Positions 35,609 to 50,121 of a stretch of 64,000 nucleotides of DNA are shown here, in pieces (position 1 is the first letter of the stretch; each line of letters opens with the position of its first letter). The translations under genes were made by a program, and so were the position numbers. The notes beneath the pieces are model-generated. The model was not told where the DNA came from. It was given only the letters and a program-made list of their open reading frames with translations, and did no database searches. The stretch is from assembly GCA_038087875.1 (NCBI GenBank), contig JAXLNO010000331.1, forward strand, positions 1 to 64,000. The letters are read 5' to 3'. This DNA is from Malacoraja senta. Taxonomy: Eukaryota.

Positions 35609-36281
35609 AAGCATGCAGGTACAGCAGGCAGTGAAGAAAGCCAATGGCATGTTGGCCTTCATAACAAGAGGAGTTGAGTATAGGAGCAAAGAGGTCCTTC
35701 TGCAGTTGTACAGGGCCCTGGTGAGACCACACCTGGAGTATTGGGTGCAGTTTGGTCTCCAAATTTGAGGAAGGACATTCTTGCTATTGAGGGAGCCCAG
35801 CGTAGGTTCACCAGGTTAATTCCCGGGATGGCGGGACTGTCATATGCTGAGAGAATGGAGCGGCTGGGCTTGTACACTCTGGAGTTTAGAAGGATGAGAG
35901 GGAATCTTATTGAAACATATAAGATTATTAAGGGTTTGAACACGCTAGAGGCAGGAAACATGTTCCCGATGTTGGGGGAGTCCAGAACCAGGGGCCACAC
36001 ACACAGTTTAAGAATAAGGGGTCGGCCATTTAGAACGGAGATGAGGAGAAACTTTTCCACCCAGAGAGTTGTGAATCTGTGGGATTCTCTGCCTCAGAGG
36101 GCGGTGGAGGCAGGTTCTCTGGATACTTACAAGAGAGAGTTAGATAGGGCTCTTAAAGATAGCGGAGTCAGGGGATATGGGGAGAAGGCAGGAACGGGGT
36201 ACTGATTGTGGATGATCAGCTGTGATCATATTGAATGGCTTGAAGGGCCGAATGGCCTACTCCTGCACCTATTGTCTATTG
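35609..36281 (+). mobile_element. CR1-C 3' fragment (copy 7)
   Basis: ORF 35741-36205, identical to copy 2. Confidence 0.9.
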
Positions 36282-36780
36282 AAACTGTGTAAAAGTTTGT
36301 GAGACTGTGTAAAAGTTTGTGAGTGTGTGAAAGTTTGTGAGTGTGTGAAAGTTTGTGAGACTGTGTAAAAGTTTGTGAGACTGAAAGTTTGTGAGACTGT
36401 AAAAGTTTGTGAGGCTGTGTAAAAGTTTGTGAGACTGTGTAAAAGTTTGTGAGGCTGTGTGAAAGTTTGTGAGACTGTGTAAAAGTTTGTGAGACTGTGT
36501 AAAAGTTTGTGAGACTGTGTGAAAGTTTGTGAGACTGTAAAAGTTTGTGAGACAGTGAAAGTTTGTGAGACTGTAAAGGTTTGTGAGTGTGTGAAAGTTT
36601 GTGAGACAGTGTGAAGGTTTGTGAGACTAAAAGTTTGTGAGACTGTGTGAATGTTTGTGAGACTGTGTGAAAGTTTGTGAGACTGTGTAAAAGTTTGTGA
36701 GACTGTGTGAAAGTTTGTGAGACTGTGTAAAAGTTTGTGAGACTGTGTAATGGTTTGTGAGGCTGTGTAAAAGTTTGTGA
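36282..36780. repeat. 20-bp minisatellite array
   Basis: Tandem 20-mers. Confidence 0.97.
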
Positions 36781-36870
36781 AAATGTGTGATTCTTTTACG
36801 GGGTGAAGGTTTGTGAGCCGGTGTGTAAGTGTGTGTCAGCACTTGTGTCAACGTCCACAACCCTTTTCAT

Positions 36871-38148
36871 ATTGTTTGTCATATATATCAATGATCTGGA
36901 TGATGGTGTGGTAAATTGGATTAGTAAGTATGCAGATGACACTAAGATAGGTGGTGTTGTGGATAATGAAGTAGATTTTCAAAGTCTACAGAGAGATTTA
37001 GGCCAATTGGAAGAGTGGGCTGAAAGATGGCAGATGGAGTTTAATGCTGATAAATGTGAGGTGCTACATCTTGGCAGGACAAATCAAAATAGGACGTACA
37101 TGGTAAACGGTAGAGAATTGAGGAATGCAGTTGAACAGAGGGATCTAGGAATAACTGTGCATAGTTCCCTGAAGGTGGAATCTCATGTAGATAGGGTGGT
37201 ATAGGAGCAGGGAGGTTCTACTGCAGTTGTACAGGGTCTTGGTGAGACCACACCTGGAGTATTGCGTACAGTTTTGGTCTCCGAATCTGAGGAAAGACAT
37301 TCTTGCCATAGAGGGAGTACAGAGAAGGTTCACCAGACTGATTCCTGGGATGTCAGGACTTTCATATGAAGAAAGACTGGATAGACTCGGCTTGTACTCG
37401 CTAGAATTGAGAAGATTGAGGTGGGATCTTACAGAAACGTACAAAATTCTTAAGGGGTTGGACAGGCTAGATGCAGGAAGATTGTTCCCGATGTTGGGGA
37501 AGTCCAGGACAAGGGGTCACAGATTAAGGATAAGGGGGAAATCCTTTAGGACCGAGATGAGAAAAAAAAATTCACACAGAGAGTGGTGAATCTGTGGAAC
37601 TCTCTGCCACAGAAGGTAGTTGAGGCCAGTTCATTGGCTATATTTAAGAGGGAGTTAGATGTGGCCCTTGTGGCTAAAGGGATCAGGGGGTATGGAGAGA
37701 AGGCAGGTACGGGATACTGAGTTGGATGATCAGTATGGCCTCTACTCCTGCACCTATTGTCTATGTTTCTATGTAAAGAAAGCTTTTGGTGTGCTGGCCT
37801 TTATAAATCAGAGCATTGAGTATAGAAGTTGGGATGTAATGTTAAAATTGTACAAGGCATTGGTGAGGCCAATTCTGGAGTATGGAGTACAATTTTGGTC
37901 GCCTAATTATAGGAAGGATGTCAACAAAATAGAGAGAGTACAGAGGAGATTTACTAGAATGTTGCCTGGGTTTCAGCAACTAAGTTACAGAGAAAGGTTG
38001 AACAAGTTAGGTCTTTATTCTTTGGAGCGCAGAAGGTTAAGAGGGGACTTGATAGAGGTCTTTAAAATTATGAGAGGGATAGACAGAGTTGACGTGGATA
38101 AGCTTTTCCCATTGAGAGTAGGGAAGATTCAAACAAGGGGACATGACT
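36871..38148 (+). mobile_element. CR1-A fragment (T1 block 4)
   Basis: Copy of 9067-10344. Confidence 0.9.
37201..37774 (+). mobile_element. Nested CR1-B 3' fragment
   Basis: ORF 37227-37589. Confidence 0.9.
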
Positions 38149-38729
38149 GCACTCCCTCTATGGCAAGAATGTCCTTCCTCAGATTTGGAGACCAAAACTG
38201 TACGCAATACTCCAGGTGTGGTCTCACCAAGACCCTGTACAACTGCAGTAGAACCTCCCTGCTCCTATACTCAAATCCTTTTGCTATGAATGCTAACATA
38301 CCATTCGCTTTCTTCACTGCCTGCTGCACCTGCATGCCTACTTTCAATGACTGGTGTACCATGACACCCAGGTCTCGCTGCATCTCCCCATTTCCTAATC
38401 GGCCACCATTTAGATAATAGTCTGCCTTCCCGTTTTTGCCACCAAAGTGGATAACCTCACATTTATCCACATTATACTGCATCTGCCATGCATTTGCCCA
38501 CTCACCCAGCCTATCCAAGTCACCTTGCCGCCTCCTAGCATCCTCCTCACAGCTAACACTGCCCCCCAGCTTAGTGTCATCCGCAAACTTGGAGATGTTG
38601 CTTTCAATTCCCTCGTCCAGATCATTGATGTATATTGTAAATAGCTGGGGTCCCAGCACTGAGTCTTGCGGTACCCCACTAGTCACTGCCTGCCATTCTG
38701 AAAAGGACCCGTTTACTCCTACTCTTTGC
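38147..38729 (-). mobile_element. CR1-B fragment, antisense, junction-truncated
   Basis: ORF 38129-38686. Confidence 0.9.
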
Positions 38730-39534
38730 GGGAGATGTCAGCGGAGATGAGGACGCCGAGAAACCGGAAGGTGTAGACCCTCTCCACACACTCGCCGTTG
38801 ACGTCTAGGGGGGCTAAGTCGGTGCTGTGCCTCCTGGTCGACAACGAGCCCTTTTGTTTTCTTGGTGTTCAGAGCCAAGTTGTTTTCTGAGCACCAGGCT
38901 GTCAACTTCAGGACTTCCTCTCTATAGGCTGCCTCGCCTCGTCTCCCCTTGAGATGAGTCCGACTACTGTAGTGTCGTCAGCAAACTTGAGGATGCGGTT
39001 GTTGCTGTGGGCCGGGCTACAGTCGTGGGTGTAGAAGACAGTACAGGAGGGGGCTTAGCACACAGCCCTGTGGGGAGCCGGGACTCAACATGCGAGTGGA
39101 GGAGAGGTGGGGGCCGAGTCTCACAGTCTGGGGCCGGTTGGTGAGGAAGTCCTTTATCCAGGCACATGTGAGAGTGGGGAGGCCGAGAGCGACCAGTTTG
39201 TCGATGAGAATGAGAATTGAAAGCTGAGCTGTATTCCACAAAGAGCATCCGGACGTAGCTCTGCCCCTGCTCCTGCTCCAGCCCGCTCAGCACAGAGTGG
39301 AGAGCTACGGTGATGGTGTCTTCTGTGGATCTGTTTGGGCGATAGGCCAATTGGTGAGGGTCGAAGTCTGGAGGGAGATAGCCCTTGATGTGCTGGAGGA
39401 CCAAACTCTCGAAGCACTTGGTGATTACCGGAGTCAGAGCCACGGGACGGTAATCATTTAGGCTGGTGATGGGAGACTTCTTCGGCACTGGGACGATTGG
39501 GGCTGGTTTTAGGCAGGACGGGGTAACTGCCTGA
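38730..39534 (-). mobile_element. Rex1/Babar RT fragment (+6 bp allele)
   Basis: ORF 38964-39488. Confidence 0.85.
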
Positions 39535-42294
39535 GTTTGTGAGACTGTAAAGGTTTGTGAGTGTGTAAAGGTTTGTGAGACTGTGTAAAAGTTTGTGAGA
39601 CTGTGTAAAAGTTTGTGAGACTGTGTAAAAGTTTGTGAGGCTGTGTAAAAGTTTGTGAGGCTGTAAAAGTTTGTGAGACTGTAAAAGTTTGTGAGACTGT
39701 GTAAAAGTTTGTGAGACTGTAAAGGTTTGTGAGACTGTGTAAAGGATTGTGGAACTGTGTAAAAGTTTGTGAGACTGTGTAAAAGTTTGTGAGACTGTGT
39801 AAAAGTTTGTGAGGCAGTGTAAAGGTTTGTGAGACTGTGTAAATGTTGGTGAGACTGTGTAAAAGTTTGTGAGGCTGTGTAAAAGTTTGTGAGACTGTGT
39901 AAAAGTTTGTGAGGCTGTGTAAATGTTGGTGAGACTGTGTAAAAGTTCGTGAGGCTGTGTAAAAGTTTGTGAGACTGTGTAAAAGTTTGTGAGACTGTGT
40001 AAAAGTTTGTGAGACTGTGTAAAGGTTTGTGAGACTGTGTAAAGGTTTGTGAGACTGTGAAAAAGTTTGTGAGGCTGTGTAAAGGTTTGTGAGACTAAAG
40101 GTTTGTGAGACTGTGTAAAAGTTTGTGAGGCTGCGTAAAAGTTTGTGAGACTGTGTAAAGGTTTGTGAGACTGTGTAAAAGTCTGTGAGACTGTGTAAAA
40201 GTTTGTGAGACTGTGTAAAAGTCTGTGAGACTGTGTAAAAGTTTGTGAGACTGTGTAAAAGTCTGTGAGACTGTGTAAAAGTTTGTGAGACTGTGTTAAA
40301 GTTTGTGAGGCTGTGTAAAAGTTTGTGAGACTGTAAAAGTTTGTGAGACTGTGTAAACGTTTGTGAGACTGTGTAAAAGTTTGTGAGACTGTGTAAAAGT
40401 TTGTGAGACTGTGTAAAAGTTTGTGAGGCTGTGTAAAGGTTTGTGAGACTGTGTAAAAGTTTGTGAGGCTGTGTAAAAGTTTGTGAGACTGTGTAAAAGT
40501 TTGTGAGACTGTGTAAAAGTTTGTGAGGCAGTGTAAAAGTTTGTGAGACTGTAAAAGTTTGTGGGACTGTGTAAAAGTTTGTGAGGCTGTGTAAAGGTTT
40601 GTGAGACTGTGTAAAAGTTTGTGAGGCAGTGTAAAAGTTTGTGAGACTAAAAGTTTGTGAGACTGTAAAAGTTTGTGAGACTGTGTAAAGGTTTGTGAGA
40701 CTGTGTAAAAGTTTGTGAGGCAGTGTAAAAGTTTGTGAGGCTGTGTAAAGGTTTGTGAGGCTGTGTAAAAGTTTGTGAGGCTGTGTAAAAGTTTGTGAGG
40801 CTGTGTAAAAGTTTGTGAGACTGTGTAAAAGTTTGTGAGACTGTAAAGGTTTGTGAAACTAAAAGTTTGTGAGACTGTGTAAATGTTGGTGAGACTGTGT
40901 AAAGGTTTGTGTGGCTAAAAGTTTGTGAGACTGTAAAGGTTTGTGAGACTGTGTAAAAGGTTGGTGAGACTGTGTAAAAGTTCATGAGGCTGTGTAAAAG
41001 TTTGTGAGACTGTGTAAAAGTTTGTGAGGCTGTGTAAAGGTTTGTGAGACTGTGTAAAGGTTTGTGAGGCTGTGTAAAGGTTTGTGAGGCTGTGTAAAAG
41101 TTTGTGAGGCTGTGTAAAAGTTTGTGAGACTGTGTAAAGGTTTGTGAGACTGTGTGAAAGTTTGTGAGACTGTGTAAAGGTTTGTGAGACTGTGTAAAAG
41201 TTTGTGAGGCTGTGTAAAAGTTTGTGAGACTGTGTGAAAGTTTGTGAGGCTGTGTAAAAGTTTGTGAGACTGTGTAAAAGTTTGTGAGACTGTGTAAAAG
41301 TTTGTGGAACTGTGTAAAAGTTCGTGAGACTGTGTAAAAGTTTGTGAGGCTGTGTAAAAGTTCGTGAGGCTGTGTAAAAGTTTGTGAGACTGTAAAGGTT
41401 TGTGAGACTGTAAAAGTTTGTGAGGCTGTGTAAAAGTTTGTGAGACTGTGTAAAGGTTTGTGAGACTGTGTAAAGGTTTGTGAGACTGTAAAAGTTTGTG
41501 AGACTGTGTAAAAGTTCGTGAGGCTGTGTAAAAGTTTGTGAGACTGTAAAGGTTTGTGAAACTAAAAGTTTGTGAGTGTGTAAATGTTGGTGAGACTGTG
41601 TAAAGGTTTGTGAGACTAAAAGTTTGTGAGACTGTAAAGGTTTGTGAGACTGTAAAGGTTGGTGAGACTGTAAAAGGTTGGTGAGACTGTGTAAAAGTTT
41701 GTGAGACTGTGTAAAAGTTTGTGAGGCAGTGTAAAAGTTTGTGAGACTGTGTAAAAGTTTGTGAGACAGTGTAAAAGTTTGTGAGACTGTGTAAAAGTTT
41801 GTGAGGCAGTGTAAAAGTTTGTGAGACTGTGTAAAAGTTTGTGAGACAGTGTAAAAGTTTGTGAGACTGTGTAAAAGTTTGTGAGGCTGTGTAAATGTTT
41901 GTGAGACTGTGTAAAGGTTTGTGAGGCTGTGTAAAAGTTTGTGGAACTGTGTAAAAGTTCGTGAGGCTGTGTAAAGGTTTGTGAGACTGTGTAAAGGTTT
42001 GTGAGACTGTGTAAAGGTTTGTGAGGCTGTGTAAAGGTTTGTGAGGCTGTGTAAAGGTTTGTGAGGCTGTGTAAAAGTTCGTGAGGCTGTGTAAAAGTTT
42101 GTGAGACTGTGTAAAGGTTTGTGAGGCTGTGTAAAAGTTCGTGAGGCTGTATAAAAGTCCGTGAGGCTGTGTAAAAGTTTGTGAAACTATAAGTTTGTGA
42201 GTAAACATTTGTGAGACTGTGTAAAAGTTTGTGGAACTGTGTAAACGTTCGTGAGACTTTAAAAGTTTGTGAGGCTGTGTAAAAGTTTGTGAAA
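39535..42294. repeat. 20-bp minisatellite array
   Basis: Copy of 11731-14490. Confidence 0.97.
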
Positions 42295-42968
42295 AAGCAT
42301 GCAGGTACAGCAGGCAGTGAAGAAAGCGAATGGCCTGTTGGCCTTCATAACAAGAGGAGTTGAGTATAGGAGCAAAGAGGTCCTTCTGCAGTTGTACAGG
42401 GCCCTGGTGAGACCACACCTGGAGTATTGTGTACAGTTTTGGTCCCCTAATTTGAGGAAGGACATTCTTGCTATTGAGGGAGCCCAGCGTAGGTTCACCA
42501 GGTTAATTCCCGGGATGGCGGGACTGTCATATGCTGAGAGAATGGAGCGGCTGGGCTTGTACACTCTGGAGTTTAGAAGGATGAGAGGGCATCTTATTGA
42601 AACATATAAGATTATTAAGGGTTTGGACACGCTAGAGGCAGGAAACATGTTCCCGATGTTGGGGGAGTCCAGAACCAGGGGCCACACACACAGTTTAAGA
42701 ATAAGGGGTCGGCCATTTAGAACGGAGACGAGGAAACACTTTTCCACCCAGAGAGTTGTGAATCTGTGGGATTCTCTGCCTCAGAGGGCGGTGGAGGCAG
42801 GTTCTCTGGATACTTTCAAGAGATAGTTAGATAGGGCTCTTAAAGATAGCGGAGTCAGGGGATATGGGGAGAAGGCAGGAACGGGGTACTGATTGGGGAT
42901 GATCAGCCGTGATCATATTGAATGGCTTGAAGGGCCGAATGGCCTACTCCTGCACCTATTGTCTATTG
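42295..42968 (+). mobile_element. CR1-C 3' fragment (copy 8)
   Basis: ORF 42299-42826. Confidence 0.9.
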
Positions 42969-44540
42969 AAACTGTGTAAAAGTTTGTGAGACTGTGTGAA
43001 TGTTTGTGAGACTGTGTAAAAGTTTGTGAGGCTGTGTAAAAGTTTGTGAGACTGTGTAAAAAATTTGTGAGACTGTGTAAAAGTTTGTGAGACTGTGTAA
43101 AAGTTTGTGAGACTGTGTAAAAGTTTGTGAGACTGTGTAAAAGTTTGTGAGACTGTGTAAAGGTTTGTGAGTGTGTGAAAGTTTGTGAGACAGTGTGAAG
43201 GTTTGTGAGACTAAAAGTTTGTGAGACTGTGAATGTTTGTGAGACTGTGTGAAAGTTTGTGAGACTGTGTAAAAGTTTGTGAGACTGTGTAAAAGTTTGT
43301 GAGACTGTGTAAAAGTTTGTGAGACTGTGTAAAAGTTTGTGAGACTGTGTAAAAGTTTGTGAGACTGAGTAAAAGTTTGTGAGACTGTGTAAAAGTTTGT
43401 GAGACTGTGTAAAAGTTTGTGAGACTGTGTAAAAGTTTGTGAGACTGTGTAAAAGTTTGTGAGACTGTGTAAAAGTTTGTGAGGCTGTGTAAAAGTTTGT
43501 GAGACTGTGTAAAAGTTTGTGAGGCTGTGTAAAAGTTTGTGAGGCTGTGTAAAAGTTTGTGGAAGTGTGTAAAAGTTTGTGAGACTGTGTAAAAGTTTGT
43601 GGAAGTGTGTAAAAGTTTGTGAGACTGTGTAAAAGTTTGTGAGGCTGTGTAAAGGTTTGGGAGACTGTAAAGGTTTGTGAGACTGTGTAAAAGTTTGTGA
43701 GGCTGTGTAAAAGTTTGTGAGACTGTAAAAGTTTGTGAGACTGTAAAAGTTTGTGAGACTGTGTACAAGTTTGTGGAACTGTGTAAAAGTTTGTGAGACT
43801 AAACATTCGTGAGACTAAAAGTTTGTGAGACTGTAAATGTTTGTGGAACTGTGTAAAAGTTCGTGAGACTGTGTAAAAGTTCGTGAGGCTGTGTAAAAGT
43901 TTGTGGAAGTGTGTAAAAGTTTGTGAGGCTGTGTAAAGGTTTGTGAGACTGTGTAAACGTTTGTGAGACTGTGTAAACGTTTGTGAGACTGTGTAAAAGT
44001 TTGTGAGACTGTAAAAGTTTGTGAGACTGTAAAAGTTTGTGAGACTGTGTAAAAGTTTGTGAGACTAAAATGTTTGTGGAACTGTGTACAAGTTTGTGAG
44101 ACTGTGTAAAAGTTTGTGAGACTGTGTAAACGTTTGTGAGACTGTGTAAAAGTTTGTGAGACTGTGTAAACGTTTGTGAGACTGTGTAAAAGTTTGTGAG
44201 ACTGTAAAAGTTTGTGAGACTGTAAAAGTTTGTGAGACTGTGTAAAAGTTTGTGAGACTAAAATGTTTGTGGAACTGTGTACAAGTTTGTGAGACTGTGT
44301 AAAAGTTTGTGAGACTGTGTAAAAGTTTGTGAGACTGTGTAAAAGTTTGTGAGACTGTGTAAAAGTTTGTGAGACTGTGTAAAAGTTTGTGGAAGTGTGT
44401 AAAAGTTTGTGAGGCTGTGTAAAAGTTTGTGAGACTGTGTAAAAGTTTGTGAGGCTGTGTAAAAGTTTGTGAGACTGTGTAAAAGTTTGTGGAAGTGTGT
44501 AAAAGTTTGTGAGACTGTGTAAAAGTTTGTGAGACTGTGT
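42969..44540. repeat. 20-bp minisatellite array
   Basis: Copy of 15165-16736. Confidence 0.97.
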
Positions 44541-47114
44541 AATGAATGAATGAATGCCATTTTATTCACTATACACATGTACAATGAGATTAAAAGCAGC
44601 TCGTACTCAGTGCAGACATGTAATTAGTTCCAAAAACAAAAAACAAAACAAAAGGTGGGGTGGGGGGGTGGGGGGATAAGGTGCGGAGTTCTGCGGTGCT
44701 ATATACATATCTATAAAAAGACAATGGGTAAATAGAGTGAATAAATAGGATTCCTATATACAGTATGGGTTATTGTACATATTACAAATTACAGTTACAG
44801 TACAAATTACAGTCGGTGGATAGATGGGTCTGTGGGTTAAGCTGTGTAGTCAGTACATGTGTGAGTTCAGAGAGGTTAAAGCAACTGTTCTTGAGTCTAT
44901 TTGTCCTTGTTCTGATGCACCTCTAGCGCCTCCCTGAGGGCAGCAGGTCGAACAGGCCAAACGCAGGATGGGAGCTGTCCTTGATGATGTCCTTCGCTCT
45001 GCTGAGGCAGCGGGAGGTGTAAATGTCCATCAGGGAGGGGAAGAGGGCAGCCAATGATCTTCTGTGCTGCCCTAACTACCCTCCGGAGCCTCTCCCTGTC
45101 TGCCGTGGTGCAGCTGCGTACCATGCTGTAATGCAGTATGTAAGCAGGCTCTCACGGTAGAAGGTCAGGAGCGGGTTGGAGTCCAGGTTGTGGTTCCTGA
45201 GGACCCTCAGGAAGTGCAGCCGCTGCTGAGCCTTCTTACATAGAAACATAGACAATAGGTGCAGGAGTAGGCCATTCAGCCCTTCGAGCCTGCACCACCA
45301 TTCAATGTGATCATGGCTGATCATCCAACTCAGTATCCCGTACCTGCCTTCTCTCCATACCCCCTGATCCCTTTAGCCACAAGGGCCACATCTAACTCCC
45401 TCTTAAATATAGCCAATGAACTGTGGCCTCAACTACCCTCTGTGGCAGAGAGTTCCACAGATTCACCACTCTCTGTGTGAAAAAGTTTTTCCTCATCTCG
45501 GTCTTAAAGGATTTCCCCCTTATCCTTAAGCTGTGACCCCTTGTCCTGGACTTCCCCAACATCGGGAACAATCTTCCTGCATCTAGCCTGTCCAACCCCA
45601 TAAGAATTTTGTAAGTTTCTATAAGATCCCCCCTCAATCTCCTAAATTCTAGCGAGTACAAGCCGAGTCTATCCAGTCTTTCTTCATATGAGAGTCCTGA
45701 CATCCCAGGAATCAGTCTGGTGAACCTTCTCTGCACTCCCTCTATGGCTATAATGTCCTTCCTCAGATTTGGAGACCAAAACTGTACGCAATACTCCAGG
45801 TGTGGTCTCACCAAGACCCTGTACAACTGCAGTAGAACCTCCCTGCTCCTATACTCAAATCCTCTTGCTATGAAGGCCAACATACCATTCGCTTTCTTCA
45901 CTGTCTGCTGCACCTGCATGCCTACTTTCAATGACTGGTGTACCATGACACCCAGGTCTCGCTGCATCTCCCCATTTCCTAATCGGCCACCATTTAGATA
46001 ATAGTCTGCCTTCCCGTTTTTGCCACCAAAGTGGATAACCTCACATTTATCCACATTATACTGCATCTGCCAAACATTTGCCCACTCACCCAGCCTATCC
46101 AAGTCACCTTGCAGTCTCCTAGCATCCTCCTCACAGCTAACACTGCCCCCCAGCTTAGTGTCATCCGCAAACTTGGAGATGTTGCCTTCAATTCCCTCGT
46201 CCAGATCATTAATATAAATTGTAAATAGCTGGGGTCCCAGCACTGAGCCTTGCGGTACCCCACTAGTCACTGCCTGCCATTGTGAAAAGGACCCGTTTAC
46301 TCCTACTCTTTGCGGGAGATGTCAGCGGAGATGAGGACGCCGAGAAACCGGAAGGTGTAGACCCTCTCCACACACTTGCCGTTGATGTCTAGGGGGGCTA
46401 AGTCGGTGCTGTGTCTCCTGGAGTCGACAACGAGCCCTTTTGTTTTCTTGGTGTTCAGAGCCAAGTTGTTTTCTGAGCACCAGGCTGTCAACTTCAGGAC
46501 TTCCTCTCTATAGGCTGCCTGGCCTCGTCCCCCCTTGAGATGAGTCCGACTACTGTAGTGTCGTCAGCAAACTTGAGGATGCGGTTGTTGCTGTGGGCCG
46601 GACTACAGTCGTGGGTGTAGAAGACAGTATAGGAGGGGGCTTAGCACACAGCCCTGTGGGGAGCCGGGACTCAACATGCGAGTGGAGGAGAGGTGGGGGC
46701 CGAGTCTCACAGTCTGGGGCCGGTTGGTGAGGAAGTCCTTTATCCAGGCACATGTGAGAGTGGGGAGGCCGAGAGTGACCAGTTTGTCGATGAGAATGAG
46801 AATTGAAAGCTGAGCTGTATTCCACAAAGAGCATCCGGACGTAGCTCTGCCCCAGCTCCACGTGGCTCAGCACAGAGTGGAGAGCTACGGTGATGGTGTC
46901 TTCTGTGGATCTGTTTGGGCGATAGGCCAATTGGTGAGGGTCGAAGTCTGGAGGGAGATAGCCCTTGATGTGCTGGAGGACCAAACTCTCGAAGCACTTG
47001 GTGATTACCGGAGTCAGAGCCACGGTACGGTAATCATTTAGGCTGGTGATGGGAGACTTCTTCGGCACTGGGACGATTGGGGCTGGTTTTAGGCAGGACG
47101 GGGTAACTGCCTGA
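44541..47114 (-). mobile_element. Rex1/Babar LINE with 3' end (T2 block 3)
   Basis: Copy of 16737-19310. Confidence 0.85.
45238..46313 (-). mobile_element. CR1-B nested in Rex
   Basis: ORF 45392-46270. Confidence 0.92.
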
Positions 47115-48282
47115 GTTTGTGAGACTGTAAAGGTTTGTGAGACTGTGTAAAAGTTTGTGAGACTGTGTAAAATTTTGTGAGACTGTGTAAAGGTTTGTGA
47201 GACTGTGTAAAGGTTTGTGAGACTAAAGGTTTGTGAGACTGTGTAAAAGTTTGTGAGACTGTAAAGGTTTGTGAGACTGTGTAAAAGTTTGTGAGACTGT
47301 AAAGGTTTGTGAGACTGTGTAAAGGATTGTGGAACTGTGTAAAAGTTTGTGAGACTGTGTAAAAGTTTGTGAGGCAGTGTAAAGGTTTGTGAGACTGTGT
47401 AAAAGTTTGTGAGACTGTGTAAAAGTTTGTGAGACTGTAAAAGTTTGTGAGACTGTGTAAATGTTGGTGAGACTGTGTAAAAGTTTGTGAGACTGTGTAA
47501 AAGTTTGTGAGGCTGCGTAAAAGTTTGTGAGACTGTGTAAAAGTTTGTGAGACTAATAGTTTGTGGAACTGTAAAAGTTTGTGAGACTAAAAGTTTGTGA
47601 GACTGTGTAAAAGTTTGTGAGACTGTGTAAAGGTTTGTGGAACTGTGTAAAAGTTTGTGAGACTAAAGGTTTGTGGAACTGTGTAAAAGTTTGTGAGACT
47701 GTGTAAAGGTTTGTGAGACAAAGTTTGTGAGACTGTGTAAAAGTTTGTGAGACTGTAAAAGTTTGTGAGGCTGTGTAAAAGTTTGTGAGACTGTGTAAAA
47801 GTTTGTGAGACTGTGTAAAGGTTTGTGAGACTAAAAGTTTGTGAGACTGTGTAAAAGTTTGTGAGACTGTGTAAAAGTTTGTGAGACTGTAAAGGTTTGT
47901 GAGACTGTGTAAAGGTTTGTGGAACTGTAAACGTTTGTGAGACTGTGTAAAAGTTTGTGAGACTGTGTAAAAGTTCGTGAGGCTGTGTAAAAGTTCGTGA
48001 GGCTGTGTAAAAGCTTGTGAAACTAAAAGTTTGTGAGACTAAACATTTGTGAGGCTGTGTAAAGGTTTGTGAGACTATGTAAAGGTTCGTGAGGCTGTGT
48101 AAATGTTTGTGAGACTGTGTAAAGGTTTGTGAGGCTGTATAAAAGTTCGTGAGGCTGTGTAAAAGTTTGTGAAACTATAAGTTTGCGAGTAAACATTCGT
48201 GAGACTGTGTAAAAGTTTGTGGAACTCTGTAAAAGTTCGTGAGACTTTAAAAGTTTGTGAGGCTGGGTAAAAGTTTGTGAAA
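47115..48282. repeat. 20-bp minisatellite array
   Basis: Copy of 19311-20478. Confidence 0.97.
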
Positions 48283-48956
48283 AAGCATGCAGGTACAGCA
48301 GGCAGTGAAGAAAGCCAATGGCATGTTGGCCTTCATAACAAGAGGAGTTGAGTACAGGAGCAAAGAGGTCCTTCTGCAGGTGTACAGGGCCCTAGTGAGA
48401 CCACACCTGGAGTATTGTGTGCAGTTTTGGTCCCCTAATTTGAGGAAGGACTTTCTTGCTATTGAGGGAGTCCAGCGTAGGTTCACCAGGTTAATTCCCG
48501 GGATGGCGGGACTGTCATACGCTGAGAGAATGGAGCGGCTGGGCTTGTACACTCTGGAGTTTAGAAGGATGAGAGGGCATCTCATTGAAACATATAAGAT
48601 TATTAAGGGTTTGGACACGCTAGAGGCAGGAAACATGTTCCCGATGTTGGGGGAGTCCAGAACCAGGGGCCACACACACAGTTTAAGAATAAGGGGTCGG
48701 CCATTTAGAACGGAGATGAGGAGAAACGTTTCCACCCAGAGAGTTGTGAATCTGTGGGATTCTCTGCCTCAGAGGGCGGTGGAGGCCGGTTCTCTGGATA
48801 CTTTCAAGAGATAGTTAGATAGGGCTCTTAAAGATAGCGGAGTCAGGGGATATGGGGAGAAGGCAGGAACGGGGTACTGATTGGGGATGATCAGCCGTGA
48901 TCATATTGAATGGCTTGAAGGGCCGAATGGCCTACTCCTGCACCTATTGTCTATTG
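48283..48956 (+). mobile_element. CR1-C 3' fragment (copy 9)
   Basis: ORF 48287-48814. Confidence 0.9.
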
Positions 48957-50121
48957 AAACTGTGTAAAAGTTTGTGAGACTGTGTAAAAGTTTGTGAGAC
49001 TGTGTAAAAGTTTGTGAGACTGTGTAAAAGTTTGTGAGACTGTGTAAAGGTTTGTGAGTGTGTGAAAGTTTGTGAGACAGTGTGAAGGTTTGTGAGACTA
49101 AAAGTTTGTGAGACTGTGAATGTTTGTGAGACTGTGTGAAAGTTTGTGAGACTGTGTAAAAGTTTGTGAGACTGTGTAAAAGTTTGTGAGACTGTGTAAA
49201 AGTTTGTGAGACTGTCTAAAAGTTTGTGAGACTGTGTAAAAGTTTGTGAGACTGTGTAAAAGTTTGTGAGACTGTGTAAAAGTTTGTGAGACTGTGTAAA
49301 AGTTTGTGAGACTGTGTAAAAGTTTGTGAGACTGTGTAAAAGTTTGTGAGACTGTAAAAGTTTGTGAGGCTGTGTAAAAGTTTGTGAGACTGTGTAAAAG
49401 TTTGTGAGGCTGTGTAAAAGTTTGTGAGGCTGTGTAAAAGTTTGTGGAAGTGTGTAAAAGTTTGTGAGACTGTGTAAAAGTTTGTGGAAGTGTGTAAAAG
49501 TTTGTGAGACTGTGTAAAAGTTTGTGAGGCTGTGTAAAGGTTTGGGAGACTGTAAAGGTTTGTGAGACTGTGTAAAAGTTTGTGAGGCTGTGTAAAAGTT
49601 TGTGAGACTGTAAAAGTTTGTGAGACTAAAAGTTTGTGAGACTGTGTACAAGTTTGTGGAACTGTGTAAAAGTTTGTGAGACTAAACATTCGTGAGACTA
49701 AAAGTTTGTGAGACTGTAAATGTTTGTGGAACTGTGTAAAAGTTCGTGAGACTGTGTAAAAGTTCGTGAGGCTGTGTAAAAGTTTGTGGAAGTGTGTAAA
49801 AGTTTGTGAGGCTGTGTAAAGGTTTGTGAGACTGTGTAAAAGTTTGTGAGACTGTGTAAACGTTTGTGAGACTGTGTAAAAGTTTGTGAGACTGTAAAAG
49901 TTTGTGAGACTAAACATTCGTGAGACTGTAAAAGTTTGTGAGACTGTGTAAAAGTTTGTGAGACTGTGTAAAAGTTTGTGGAACTGTGTAAAAGTTTGTG
50001 AGACTAAACATTCGTGAGACTGTAAAAGTTTGTGAGACTGTGTAAAGGTTTGTGAGACTGTGTAAAAGTTTGTGGAAGTGTGTAAAAGTGTGTGAGTGTG
50101 TAAAAGTTTGTGAGACTGTGT
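48957..50121. repeat. 20-bp minisatellite array
   Basis: Copy of 21153-22317. Confidence 0.97.
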